From NCBI GenBank assembly GCA_965644295.1, contig CBFFRP010000207.1, positions 6,282 to 70,281 on the forward strand: DNA of 64,000 bases, given 5' to 3'. Under the pieces are notes generated by a model, which was not told the origin of the DNA, searched no databases, and saw nothing but the letters and a program-made list of their open reading frames with translations. Both the position numbers and the translations under genes were made by a program. Shown in pieces: positions 39,300-54,520 of this stretch; position 1 is the first letter of the stretch, and each line of letters opens with the position of its first letter. The stretch is from Paraphysomonas bandaiensis. Taxonomy: Eukaryota; Protista; Chrysophyceae.

Positions 39300-41929
39300 T
39301 TATTGCATATTTACAACGCTACTTTTTTGTATCGTAGATTCTACATGCTCGAACTCCTCAATTTCATTTTCTTCCGCTGCTATATATTCATTTTCTTCAG
39401 GGGGGGCACAATATATTCGCTTACTTAGCGGACGTGGTAGCGCTCTTCCTTTGGCGGTGTCAGATCTTCTAAAGACATGTGGGAAATAGAGAAGTAACCC
39501 ATTGGCGTAATAAAACATCAATAAAAATGTGAGACCCCACCCTGCATTATTCATATAAACATCATATAACGGTACGACGTCGTCACATCCTCCATGCCCA
39601 TGCTGATTTCCCTCCACGTAATAACTCAGACATGTATGCTTTTTGTCGTAGTCATTAGCGCCTTCACAGAAATTGGGCCAAAGTCTGTGGTAAGCACATA
39701 AAACATGGCTGTTATCAGCTAAACTGGCAGCTTGTCTAACACAACGGTCCGTAGTGTTGGTGGAGTAGTCGATGACTTCCTTATCAGAGTACACCTCTGC
39801 AAACTCGGAAGTAGAAAAGAGGAGTGCTAGAAGGGCACAGCCTACAGCGAGAGATACGATATACCATATATAGTCAAAGGACCGTCTTCCAGTTATCAAA
39901 GTGAAAATATTAGATATTGCCCATAGTATCGTAAATACGGCGTAGGTTGCCTCCAACTGAAATCCGGCAGGCCAGTGCTTGGCTGCTTCTCCAGCATTGT
40001 CAAAATATACGTTTACTTTACCGGACTCAGTGTAGAAAGAATTCGCTTCCGCCCACATCACAACGGCTATTACTGGCAAAAACCAAAGCAAAAAAAGATT
40101 CAACCAAGTCAGGCGTACTAGCTGTCTCTTCAGTTTGAAAAAATCTCGACACGGCCCATCACAGAATCTTGCCTGAAACTCCTTCGCAATATATTTAACC
40201 CAACTGTCATTGACTTCAATATCCCCGAACCACTCCCCAGCAACCGGAAACTTTTCGGTACAAACAAAAGGCTGAGGGGGGCGCACCTTGGTGTAGGCAA
40301 CGACAAGCTTCTTCTTTGGGTCAGGTTCAGGTTTCAGATCAGAGGGATACGCAACACACGGTCCCCAGAAAAAAAAATTGAAAGTAAAAGACCCGGTGAA
40401 CATTCCTTTATCATTATCCCAAAACATATGGATTGTCACTGTTTGACCTTCATTCTGATCGTTGAATCTATCTCTATCATTCAGCGATCCACGTATGTAC
40501 TTTTTTTGCATAATTAATGCTCCTAAAGTGTAGCAATACACCCCGCCGATCACATACTCACCAACATTGTCCATTCCCACGTTATCTGCAATGAGATCTC
40601 CCATCTGATGATCAATCGCACGGTAATTCATCAAAGGCAAGGGGGCATGATAACGGCCTAGTCGATAGCTTTTCCCGTAAAATTGCTCCTGGACAAATGT
40701 GAATTTGTACTTGTCAAACAGATCAACTGGGAGGTTGCAACTTCTTCCGGACAATCGAATCAAGTAGATATACATCATTGGTCGGATCTGAGCCACAATT
40801 GGAAAAAATGCAAATGTAAGTACAGTCAATACCGTTCCTATTACAAATATTATAAACATAGAACCCACGAGATTTCCTGAAGTGTATGAGTTGTAACAGT
40901 ATGGGCCGCGATCATCTGAAATCAAACACTTCATGAGGCAGGATAATTCGTATGATCATAATATACCTACCACTAGGTCCCTGCCCCACCCAACATGATA
41001 CCCGCTGCCCTGCAATAAACTCGTCATCATCTTCTTCACCTCCCGCTGACACCCCTTCTCCAGCAATTTCACATACTGGTTGTATGCTATGCTTCACATG
41101 TTCGGCATCAAGCAAGCATTCACTTGAAAAATTGTAATAGAGTACGCCAAATCCTCGATCATTACATTTTTTAATCTTCTCCGCCTTAAAAGAATCTGTT
41201 GATGACTCAAAGCAATTTCCTGTACCGAGAGCAACATATTTATATGCACCACTCGGCGTTTTGTCTTCGCACTCACTCAAGTCGTCGTAATACCTGCATA
41301 TCAGCGAAACTGGAGTCACAAACCCACATAAATAATACATTATAAAACCACTTACTCAAACACAACACTCCGTGGGAGTTTCTTCCATGGCTTCATATTT
41401 CTCGTGCACATCAGGTTCTCAAACCAGCTGTCATCGTCGCCGGTAGCTGAATCGCACACACTTTCCATAGTGGTGGCATACACTCTTGGAACACCCGTAC
41501 AGTCCGATGAGTTAAAGTAATACATTATCCTCGATAGTGACTCCGGGTCATTATCTATCGTACTGCATTCGTAGTAGTGAGAATCACCCTCTGAAGAGTC
41601 TGTGATGCATTTTCCCAGCTGTTGACCTGCAGACCATTAGCCACTACACAGGTTCCAGATGTTGCATTACCATACTGAGAATTAGCCCCTTGACACCCCC
41701 CATTAGTGTAGTAGGTGAGCACCATGTATCCAGTGGTGAATGATGAGGTGAGTCGTCTATCTGATAGTGTGTCTGTGTCTGCCGTCTCTCTCAGTGCATG
41801 TGACTTATCTCTACTCACAACTGCACTGAAACGACTCTCAAGTAACTTCTTTTGATATTGGAAGAGCTCCGAGTGACTGGGTGTTAAGATACAGGTGACT
41901 ATGATGAGAAGTATGGAGGAGTATGTCAT
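39300..41929 (-). CDS. Multi-pass membrane protein with signal peptide and Cys-rich extracellular repeats (multi-exon)
   Basis: Signal-like MTYSSILLIIVTCILT, repeated YYxxxxC..G.C motifs, and a 544-aa terminal exon with about 5 hydrophobic segments. Confidence 0.75.
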
Positions 41930-42428
41930 CGTCTGTGTGTATGTGTATGTATGTATGTACAGTTACTTTCTGACAGTTAAGATACGGCTGTAGTATGAAC
42001 TACAGGCCAGCGTCTACATGACAGGGACGCATAGAGGAGGGGAGGAGGATGATAGCCTACTGTCAACTCTTTCAGATCATCAGGAGTGAGCTGCTGGGTG
42101 TAATCTGATAGTTTGATGTTGTAATTGATATTATCATATATACACACAGCTCATATGGAGTGTGTGTGTACTGCTGTACATGCTGATGTATGCTATGAGC
42201 TAAGAACGTGTACATATGTACAGGTGCAGCAGTACTCTCCATATACAAATACACCGCTGTGGACTGTATAGCGTATACTACTGCTGTAGTCCACTATACA
42301 ATGCTACACCGTAACGGAACGACTGTTATACAGCAGTATATACCGGTATACAGCAGATGTATTATGGGTGTGATACGGCGGTAGGTCGTGCAGAGTTTGC
42401 TGTATGTATATGTATGTATATGTATGTA

Positions 42429-45189
42429 GGAAGTAGGGTCCCAACTAATGCCGATTTCAGATTTTTTGGTTCCTGCTTGTGCCGATTTTTTTATAGAAAA
42501 GTGCACGATTGGTATGAAGATTAACTGACTTCAGGCAGATCTCTCATACATACATGCACTGAGTCGCACATTGCACATAAGGTTGCACATTATACTGCGC
42601 ACCATTCATATCAGACAATGCCACAACAGTATCAATGTAAGCTCGTGCCCAATACATAACGTAGGGGCTCTGAATCCATGCCGTTGTTGGGACCATCGAC
42701 CAGTCTGCAGCGATATCGCAACAACAAGGGATCTTCCTGACTATGTGCCTCATAGGACAGTAGTGAATCGTGTACTTTGATCATTGGGAGACTCGCCTTT
42801 GCCTGATAAAGTATCTAGGAAGGATGGAAACATACCAACTATGACCAGAGAGAGGTCTCATGGTTGGAGGTATGAAACTGCGGTTAAGCTCCTCTCTCTA
42901 CGGTGAATCTACACTCTGAAGGAGCGCAAAATATTTGTTTGCAAGGTAGTTGTTATTTTGTGCTTATCTACTTGTGTATATGTCTACGATTTATAATATC
43001 ATGTATATCTAGTTGCCTTGTTGAAGGGTGTCATCTCCACAACTGGAAGAGAAATCATACTGGAAAAGTATGGTGCTGTATTGTACACACAATCGATGAT
43101 AGGGCACAGTTTCGGGATATTCTTCGGCTAGACTTTGGTAGTACCGAAGATGCGTCCTCTTTTCGCTACTTCTGCAAAAGACCCTCCAACTACACCATTG
43201 TGGATATGGTCTTCCCTCTTGGTCGTACCCAGAGCCATATTTCCAACAGCGTTGACCGCGATATTATGGCCTCGACGTCTGAACTTCTGGACCGATTAGA
43301 CGTCTGATCTTCATAAGCGCTTCATGTAGGAAGTACTACATGTGCATTCACATTCATGCGGTTGGAAGAGGCCTATTGCGGCAAGAGTTCAATTCGCTCC
43401 AACTTTATGGTTCCCGGAAAGCTTTGAATTCCGGTGACGCCAGGCTTCTCCAGACATTCGGATTGTTCTGTCGCTGGTTTCTCACAGGAGCGCCAGGTGG
43501 CTGTGGAAGAGCAGCCGAGGATGAAACACATGGTATTATGTGGAGCCGTATGAGGGGGGTTCAGACTTCTGCCTTCTCATCAAGAGCACCACGGCATATT
43601 TCCATGAGAAGGGCTGGATCACCCCCGCCCGCGAATACTAATATTTGTAGTAGTTTATATGTTTATATCATGTAAACGATGTGTGAACTGCACACCTTTA
43701 CACCTGCCATATGTGAACAACTACACACCACATTTTTCTCCTATAAGAGTACTCAATATAAATATCTCCTATACTCATTATTAATTTCTTTTAATACTTG
43801 AATCTTATTTCCACTACTACTTACCAGGGTTGCGAAAAAATTAATTGGTGAGATGCAAACACTACCCAAGAATCCAATTATTGTCGTTGCAATTAATTGC
43901 CTTCTACTCTAGTGCTTGATTTTAACATAGCTTTCACTACTTACTTCTGCTAGCTACCTTCGCCCTCAAAAAAGTCTGAATCGCACCTTTTATTCTGAGT
44001 TCTCCGGGAAACTAACGTGAGCCCCATATATAGTAAGCAGATATTGTTCTGCCCACTCATAGCAGAATGTTTGTGTGATACACGGGACAAAATAAGTGTC
44101 ACTTCTCGTATAAACGTCTTTGGGCCTTGACTATTAAACAGGAATGGGCCCACCTCAAGAGTATCTGGGGTATTGGACTGCATACTGAAGCCATGCATCC
44201 GGGCTATTCACCTTAAGGACAGAGAGGGAAAGTGGCTGCACCATGGTGCTTGTGGTGACGCACAAGCAGCTTTCGTAGCGCCAAATAGTAGGATATCTTA
44301 GTTAAGCACTAGTTAATTATATTGCTTGGCTACATTAGTGCTGACTCTTACACGCCTACTGCTAATAATCAGACATTCACTACTAGCTACTTTCGCAAGA
44401 ACTATCTACTGAATTGATCCGAAGTCACCAATCAGCATCATCTGAACACTGGCCAGTGGATAGTCCCTTTCCAGCGCTTACAGTGCATTCCAACACGCGC
44501 TTCGTCGACCAATGTGTCAAATATAGTGATATATATTCTTTTACCATTACTAACATCACCATCACCCATATGATTGCATACGTGTCAACCTCTAGTATTG
44601 AGGTAGGTGCATTGCTTTGGATTAATAGGAACGTAATGATGATATCATACAAAATTCATACACAATTATGAGTGCACAGTATCTACAGAGCTACATTCTA
44701 CAAACATACAGGCTGTGTAGAGTCACGTGGTGTTTGTATTCCAGGTGATACACACAGTCATGTGTGCTACACAGAGTCTTAAATATCGGGCTACATTCAA
44801 TGTTTTGAGGGAATTAGGCCTCGGATTCGAGTCCAGCACTATTGAATTAGTACAGAATGCTGTTTGTGTCCTCAGAGTCACATGGTGTGTTGATGTATCG
44901 TGTAGAGTGTGTGAAGGACTGTCATCAGTGGAGTGAGGGGGGTCATGAAAACCGGCACTAATAGGATCCTAAAAAAAAAGATAACTGAAAAACCCCTTAA
45001 GGGCACTCACTTTGGACATGAATAACTCGAGATCCAAATCATGAATCAAGCTGGTCAATTATAATGCATCTCACACAAAATCATTCCACATCTGATGACG
45101 TATTTGCTAACGTCATCGCCACTCTGTGACTGAAACTGTGATTGACTGAAAACACCTAAAAAACCGGCATTAGTGGGGACCCTACTTCC
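42429..45189. mobile_element. 2.76-kb non-autonomous or decayed TIR DNA transposon with TA flanks, inserted in (TATG)n
   Basis: Left ta|GGAAGTAGGGTCCCAACTAATGCCGATTT; right AAACCGGCATTAGTGGGGACCCTACTTCC|ta (27 of 29 inverted match); no intact transposase seen. Confidence 0.7.
44060..44390 (+). mobile_element. Dispersed retroposon-like 3' fragment nested in the TIR element
   Basis: GKWLHHGACGDAQAAFVAPNSRIS* followed by CGCCTACT..TAATAAT, as in the 38.8-kb copy. Confidence 0.65.
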
Positions 45190-45271
45190 TATATGTATGT
45201 ATATGTATGTATATGTATGTATATGTATATGTATGTATATGTATGTATATGTATGTATATGTATATGTATG

Positions 45272-45303
<32 letters not shown>

Positions 45304-45469
45304 TGTATGTATGTATGTATGTATGTATGTATGTATATGTATGTATATGTATATGTATGTATATGTATGTATATATGTATATGTATGTATATGTATATGT
45401 ATATGTATGTATATGTATGTATATGTATATGTATGTATGTATGTATATGAATATGTATGTATATGTATG

Positions 45470-45501
<32 letters not shown>

Positions 45502-45818
45502 TATGTATGTATATGTATGTATATGTATATGTATGTATGTATGTATATGAATATGTATGTATATGTATGTATATGTATATGTATGTATGTATGTATATGA
45601 ATATGTATGTATATGTATGTATATGTATGTATATGTATATGTATGTATATGTATGTATATGTATGTATATGTATATGTATGTATGTATATGTATGTATGT
45701 ATATGTATGTATATGTATGTATATGTATGTATATGTATGTATATGTATATGTATGTATATGTATGTATATGTATGTATATGTATATGTATGTATATGTAT
45801 ATGTATGTATATGTATAT
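45190..45818. repeat. Compound (TATG)n/(TATATG)n microsatellite
   Basis: Directly visible. Confidence 0.98.
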
Positions 45819-45944
45819 GATGGTGCACCAGCCGCAGTATGTATTGGCAGCACGCCGCTTGATAGACTATTAACAGACACACCAGACAGATAGACAGACA
45901 GAGAGAGACTGTCAGATCACCGAAGAGGAAATATTTCAAGCAAC

Positions 45945-47480
<1,536 letters not shown>

Positions 47481-47956
47481 GTGTAGATGTTTTATTGCAC
47501 TGTGCCAGTTTAACTCGGCCTTGATTCTAACATAGTAGGTAGATCACAAATTGACTTGTGGAGTTATTACATGTTCTAATCAATTCAAAATCTTTTTAAG
47601 CTGTGAAAGCTATTCGTCCCACATTTGCATCCCATTTGGCTTCATGCGCATTTGTTGACCATAGAAATCAAATGTGAAATCGTGTTACTTCTCACTTCAT
47701 TCTAGAAACCAAAATTTTATTCGTGGTACATATGTATCATTTCTATAGAGAATAATAGAATATGCTGATGATATGGCCAGCTCTAATTCGTTTCGCTAAA
47801 ATTTGCCCATATTTGAAATATTCCACATTCAACTTGTTTTTCATAATTTGCAATGACGGATCTATTTACTTTATCGACACACCAACTGCCATATGACAAA
47901 AACTATTACTAAGTACTACAACAAATCAGCACAGTTATTTTAAATTACAACACTCA

Positions 47957-49014
47957 CTATGTCGCTGATGTTATATCTGGGTAGCTACGTCTATAAGCTC
48001 GGTATAAGTGTTCCCCATATATATAAACGGGATCTTTATTTTCATGCATCAAAGCAAGAGGATTGCCAGCTGCATCAGACAATTTGCTCTCCAAGTCGGG
48101 TTCAAAAAAAAATGGAATAGAGTAACGTGATCGTTCACACTCAGGGTTCAATACTCGGTGAGGTGTGGCTCGAAAAACATCGCACGACCACGCCTGCAAA
48201 GCATCTCCAATATTCACTGCAAATGTATTCTTAAGTGGTGGTACTGATATCCATTCTCCACTTCGGGTCTGCGCCTCGAGGCCTGCCACGCCATCGTCCT
48301 GTAGAATCATAGTAAGGAATCCGTAGTCTGTGTGTGGACCTATTCCCTGCTGTTTTTCTCGAGTAGGTGGGTACTTTATAAATCGAACGATGGAGAATGG
48401 GTGTTCGAAATACGGAGCCAGTTCTTTGGGGTCACGGTCAAGAATAAGGGCCGCATTATTCATGATTATTCTTCCGACTTTACACATTTCAAATATATAC
48501 TGATTCAAAAAAGAACGGAACTGTACTTGGTTACGAGATGGCCATTGATTTGGGCCACGTAACGACTTCCAGCCTTTAGTGTCAGTTGCAGTTTCATCCA
48601 AACCAAAGTCAAACTACAACACTCTATTTAAACAAAGAAATAAGTAATATTTTATAAACTTACGGTTTCCTTAAAGTCTGGCATCCCAAGAGTAAACTCC
48701 TCATTGACTGAACTCCATCCTCTGAAGTGTTGTGATTTGGATAAATGGATCTCACGCTTCTCCTCTACAGTCATATCGAATGAACTCCTCACACACTGAT
48801 GAGCCTCTGCTATCATACTATCAGAGAGACAGTCTGATATGTAGAAGAAGCCCACATCTGTTAAGGCGATCCGCAGCTTCTCTCTTTCTTTAGAACAGTT
48901 ATTCTTTAGCCTGTGAATGCTTACAGTCTGCAGAGTGGATATGTATGTATGTCTGTATGAGGGTTTGCTGTTAATTATATGGGAAGATAATAGAGATGAA
49001 ACCACTCGAGACAT
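47957..49014 (-). CDS. 2-oxoglutarate/Fe(II) dioxygenase, IPNS/DIOX family (2 exons)
   Basis: VGFFYI, FRGW, PDFKE, GPNQWP, HTDYGFLT (HxD), VNIGD, TPHRV, RYSIPFFFEP. Confidence 0.93.
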
Positions 49015-49379
49015 GGAAGGAGAGAGCGGGGGTGACGCCTGTGTCTTTAGAGTAACGATAGACCCACAGTGATGATACTGTTATGGACTATATGATGATG
49101 CTCTTCTGTAATCTTCTCAGTGATGTACTGCTGTATATATATATCTGTACAAGTACATACAGCAGTACATTATTGATACGGCTGTGCAGTACGAAGTGTG
49201 TTTCTGTATTAAAACTGTGGATTTTCTATTCAAGAACCCTCATTTTATGGTCAGTAGTACATAAAACATCAGCAGCAATAAACTGCAATCATGATGCCAT
49301 ATATACATACAGACACTGCCGTCTGCTCATATATACTCTACATTCAACCCCATATTTACTCATACACAAGCAACTAACC

Positions 49380-50494
49380 ATGACCCATCTCCTGTCCCTC
49401 ATCCCATACCTCTCTCTATGTCTCCTCTATCAGGTTCAGTCCCATAACTATACTATGGATATATCTCTACAGGGAAACAGTTTCTTCGATGGGTTTATAT
49501 TCGAGACTATAGACGACCCCACTCACGGTAACACTACACTACATCCATCGCTTGACCCCTCCCTCACCCCTATACAGGCTATGTCGACTATGTGGATGCC
49601 GAGTATGCATATGGGAATGGTTTGGCGTATGTTACTACTGATGAGAAGGTGTTCATAGGAGCAGACAGCATTAATGTCGTCGGCGACTATGACAGAGGAA
49701 GAAAATCTATTCGACTAAAATCAAAACAAGCTTACAATGGAAATAATTTGATTGTCATTGACTTGGATCACATGCCCACCACGAATGGGTATCTGCCGGC
49801 AGGTTGCTCTGCATGGCCAGCTTTCTGGTATAATAATTCCGTTCGACGAGAATGTATTTAACATGGTTATGTAATATATAGGTTGTTTGGTCCTGACTGG
49901 CCATATAATGGCGAAATTGATGTTATTGAATACCAGAATTCTGACTCAATTGTCTCTACCACACTGCATACAAATGATGGGTGCGACCAGTCTGGTGAGG
50001 ACACCTCCACTTTCACTGGACACTGGGGTACGGGAAGTCAAGGAAACCCGTCAGATAACTGTGATGTTAATGCATGGGACCAATGGACAAATGAGGGATG
50101 CGGTATTATTGGTGACTCCCAGCCTGTTGGACAAAGTTTCAATGACCAAGGTGGTGGAGTGTATGCAACCGAATGGGTTGTGGATGAATACATACGGGTA
50201 TTCTACTTTCCACACGGCTACGTACCCGAAGACCTAGCAAGTCGTACGAATCCTAACCCAGATACATGGGGAACTCCCTACGCCCGCTTCGAACTAGGAG
50301 ACAATTGCCCGTCGAGCCATTTTATTGACAATCAGATAGTATTTGATATTACTTTTTGTGGTGACTGGGCAGGCGCGACTTTTCCAGATATGTGTTCTTA
50401 TGATGTTTCCTGCACAGACTATGTGAAGTACAATCCCGATACCTTCAAAGAATCGTACTGGTTAGTTAATTATGTGGATGTATATTCGAGCTAG
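49380..50494 (+). CDS. Secreted GH16 endo-1,3(4)-beta-glucanase (laminarinase-like), 3 exons
   Basis: Signal peptide, DPTHGYVDYV, GRKSIRL, GCSAWPAFW, WPYNGEIDVIE (ExDxxE), FDITFCGDWAG. Confidence 0.93.
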
Positions 50495-51125
50495 ATATTC
50501 TACCCTACTATTCTAGCCACTTATTATGTGCTACCTCTCACAGCATCGTGACTTGTTCACAATTAACCGAGCATAAGTATATGCTAGTCATGGTGTGAGA
50601 TTGGTTAACTATGTACTATGTATCACTGGTTTGTGACAACTATAATTGTGTTTGCCTGACTGAATTTCTTTGTAATAAACAATAATTATTCTGCTATGTA
50701 TAGTATTTTGAAGCATCATAGGTGTTAGATTCTGTCATAAATTTGTCAATGATCTGTAAATATTACTGTTGTTAGGATCAGATCTGATAACGGTTGAATT
50801 TATTACTAGAAACAATAGTAACGACTGGACCATATGTTAAGATTTGAATTGGCTTTAGGGTCAAATGCGAATGGTAGTTTGTATTCTTTGTAGTGTATAT
50901 CACAGTTCAATAGATATAACCTATAATCATTATAATGTAGTAAGGTTCACGCTTCTTCGTGCATACAATGTTATAATTTCTGTGTTTGTTTTTCGCATGC
51001 AGAGGATACATATTTATTACTTGCCTACTCCACACAAGCAATAAGTGAAACGCATACAATCCGCACAAATGGCACAGTTAGAGTGCTGGTTGTTAGTACG
51101 GTAGAAAACGCATCATAGCCCTAAT

Positions 51126-52888
51126 TTATGGAAACACTTTCGACACTACGTGCTTAACGAAATCACTTTCGACGGTCATTTCAGCTAATATAGATTCCAG
51201 AGCCTGTCCATTCATAGCATCTTCCGCATCCAAGATTTCAAGGTACTTCTGAGAGAATGTATCCAACACCTCCACAGTTTTCGAATCATCAATGACAACC
51301 TCACCTGCTTCATTAAGCGACAGGTATCCATGCCTGTTGTACACACCATATGCATAAATCTGAAAGATGATGTACGGTCGCAGCGGCTCGGACTTAAACT
51401 TCGCGAAGTACCTGAGGGCATCCAATGCAAAATGGGCGAGGCATTCCTTGAGGTGTGGAAGAGTGAGGACATTCTTCGTATACAGCAGACGCAGAGTAAA
51501 CATTGCTGTCAACTCAGCTCGCGGTTCTTCAAGCAGAGTCACAACAGACGGGCTACCCAGAGATTCCTCGACCGTCTCCAAGTTATATATGGCATGCCCG
51601 ACTTCATGGGCAGCAACATGCCACACTAGCTGCTCAACCGCATCCGGCTTGTATTTAGCAACCACCTAGGCAACAAAAAACGATAATTAACATGCTACCA
51701 AAACAATAAAGGTATATTTTGACAATAAAATAGACGTAAAATAATTTTTGAAAGTCAGGACAATCTGTGGGCCTACAAACAACATACCGCATTCGGGTCA
51801 TGGAAGACTTTTTGGATGTATAAGAGGTTCTGGTTGACTCTAGCTTCGGTCTCCACTGCATCAAAATAAATCTTGACCCCTTTCTCGACCTTAACATCCA
51901 CTCGGTTGGGGATAGACTGGCCAGAAAATGAGAACTGTAACGAAATTCCAGTCTTGAATGGGATGTAGTAAATGCCAGCCATGGTGTTACCCAATGCTGT
52001 CAGTCCTTCTCTTGATATTTGCGTGTCACGTCCTCTAAAGTACTCCATCATGTGATTCTGAATGTCTCGAATAGTTGCATTCTCGGAAGCATAAGTGTCA
52101 TCCAGAAATCGGAGAGAAAAATCAGGAGTAGCCTTCCGTCGCAGAGGATCTCCGTACCCAGTCTCAATATCATGAACCACTTGAATATTACCTTTCGTGT
52201 CCATCCACTTTCGGTCGAGGTCTGCCCATAGCTTCTCGAGAGTAGGGGCATCCCCGTCAGAAGAATGACACAGGCGATAATGCTCAAAGAATTCGATGTA
52301 CTTTTGCTCGTCAGCAGAAACATTAGGCAAAGCTTTCATTTGCTCAATCATCTCATCCATTGCACCCAAAATAGGCAGCAAAGAATTTTCAAAATGCTTC
52401 GCAAATGAAGTTGTATAGTAGCCATCCGTATCGTTGTGCAACACAATCGTGTAGTGGGAGTAGCAGGCCTTGTCCGTAGGTGGTGATGCAGCAATCTTTG
52501 CTGTAATAGAAGGCTCTTGCACAGATTGCAAGTAGGCAATATAGTATGCATCATACAATCCAGATATCTTAGCACAGCCGACAATCATAGTCCTCTCAAA
52601 GGCACTGAATCCGGTGTCATCTCCCATCTCGTTCATCACTGATACAGTGAGATCTCTGCACAGCTGCATGCGATGCATCTTCGCACGAATCACTGTATAC
52701 CATTCATCAGAAAACTCTTCAATTCCCGCTAGATTTGATTCGAAGACAACTCTTTCGATCTTTGATCTGACGTGAGAGTCTCTCTCGGAGAGATAATTCG
52801 CTGTGAACTCATCTTTAGTTAATGCATCTATTTGCTTTAGAAGAGCCACTCGGCGAAGACCGTTGAGAGAAGAAGTGGAGGGGGACAT
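51126..52888 (-). CDS. HEXXH zinc-metallopeptidase-like protein, CiaB / M49-related (2 exons)
   Basis: AAHEVGHAI, then LEEPRAE; LDRKWMDTKGNIQVVHDIE.Y.DPLRR; FSGQSIPNRVDVKVEKGVKIYF; intron at about 51666-51788. Confidence 0.75.
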
Positions 52889-52965
52889 GATGTGCTGTAC
52901 TGTGTTTTGGATACCACGACACTGATAATAACAATCTAACAATATAGACATACACACACAGAGCA

Positions 52966-53521
52966 TATACATACATACTACATACATACATACATACTAC
53001 ATACATACATACATACATACATACATACATACATACATACATACATACATACATACATACATACATACATACATACATACATACATACATACATACATAC
53101 ATACATACATACATACATACATACATACATACATACATACATACATACATACATACATACATACATACATACATACATACATACATACATACATACATAC
53201 ATACATACATACATACATACATACATACATACATACATACATACATACATACATACATACATACATACATACATACATACATACATACATACATACATAC
53301 ATACATACATACATACATACATACATACATACATACATACATACATACATACATACATACATACATACATACATACATACATACATACATACATACATAC
53401 ATACATACATACATACATACATACATACATACATACATACATACATACATACATACATACATACATACATACATACATACATACATACATACATACATAC
53501 ATACATACATACATACATACA

Positions 53522-53551
<30 letters not shown>
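52966..53551. repeat. (CATA)n microsatellite, about 145 units, nearly perfect
   Basis: Directly visible. Confidence 0.99.
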
Positions 53552-53552
<1 letters not shown>

Positions 53553-54520
53553 CGTAGCGTATTTTGCGAACGTATGCAGGGGGCTGATCACATTTCCCCT
53601 ACACTGTATTCCTAAAGTGTGACTCAGTTGCTCTCATAATATGCAGCTAATTATTGGGCTGAGTGTATGGTAATGTAGGCTTCATTATTGTTACTTTGCT
53701 ATGACATTCGAATCAGATTTATCAAGTTGTGTGTTTGATCGATATCACTACAAGCAAACTAGCTACAGCATAGGGAGCGACAGTAGGTGATGGATACCTT
53801 CCTATTTCGACTTGCCTCTGCGCTCGTATTCTGTGTCCTGTAAAGACTCAGAGGTGATCAGAGGTTCCACCGTAGATGCAGCAAAGGCAGTAAAGGGGAC
53901 AGTGAGGGAAGCGTACTCATTGGCTGCAGGGCATTTCACATACCGGTATCCAATGTCCATGTTCTTCCAGTATTTCACCTTCTGCTCCTCTGGATGAATG
54001 ACCTGGTCGCACCGCGTGCAAATGAGGTTTGAAGGCTCGGGCAGGTATTTCTTGTGACAGCAGAGATGTAGCATCTTCTTGCTCTTGAAATGCATTGTTA
54101 TTAGATGGCCCTCTTGAACCTTTTTACGGCAGGCATAGGTACGAACTGGTATTTGGCCAAGTGGACTACCCACCACTTGCACTCTTCTCTGTTGCTGGAA
54201 CACAAACGTTCGACCTGTCTACGACATCTGTCATCCCGAATGCACTCCTCGTGTAGAGGACAGTCAGAATCAATACTGAACTGCTTAAATCCCAGTGTAG
54301 ACACCTCAGCACTATTTGGTAGAAGCCTACGAATACCCCGTCCTGTTTCCTACAGGCCATTCCATGGATAACACTCTAGTAGCTATTACATACTTGTAGC
54401 TGTCTAGACTTATCCACATTGAAACATTTAATCCTTTAAATTTAAATTTCAAGCTCTAAATAAGATTTTTATCTTTTACGAGACATAATAACTCTATGCC
54501 AACATACATACATAAATACA

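Noticed and set aside
52815-53591. MYVC-repeat ORFs
   Set aside because: Translation of the (CATA)n microsatellite.
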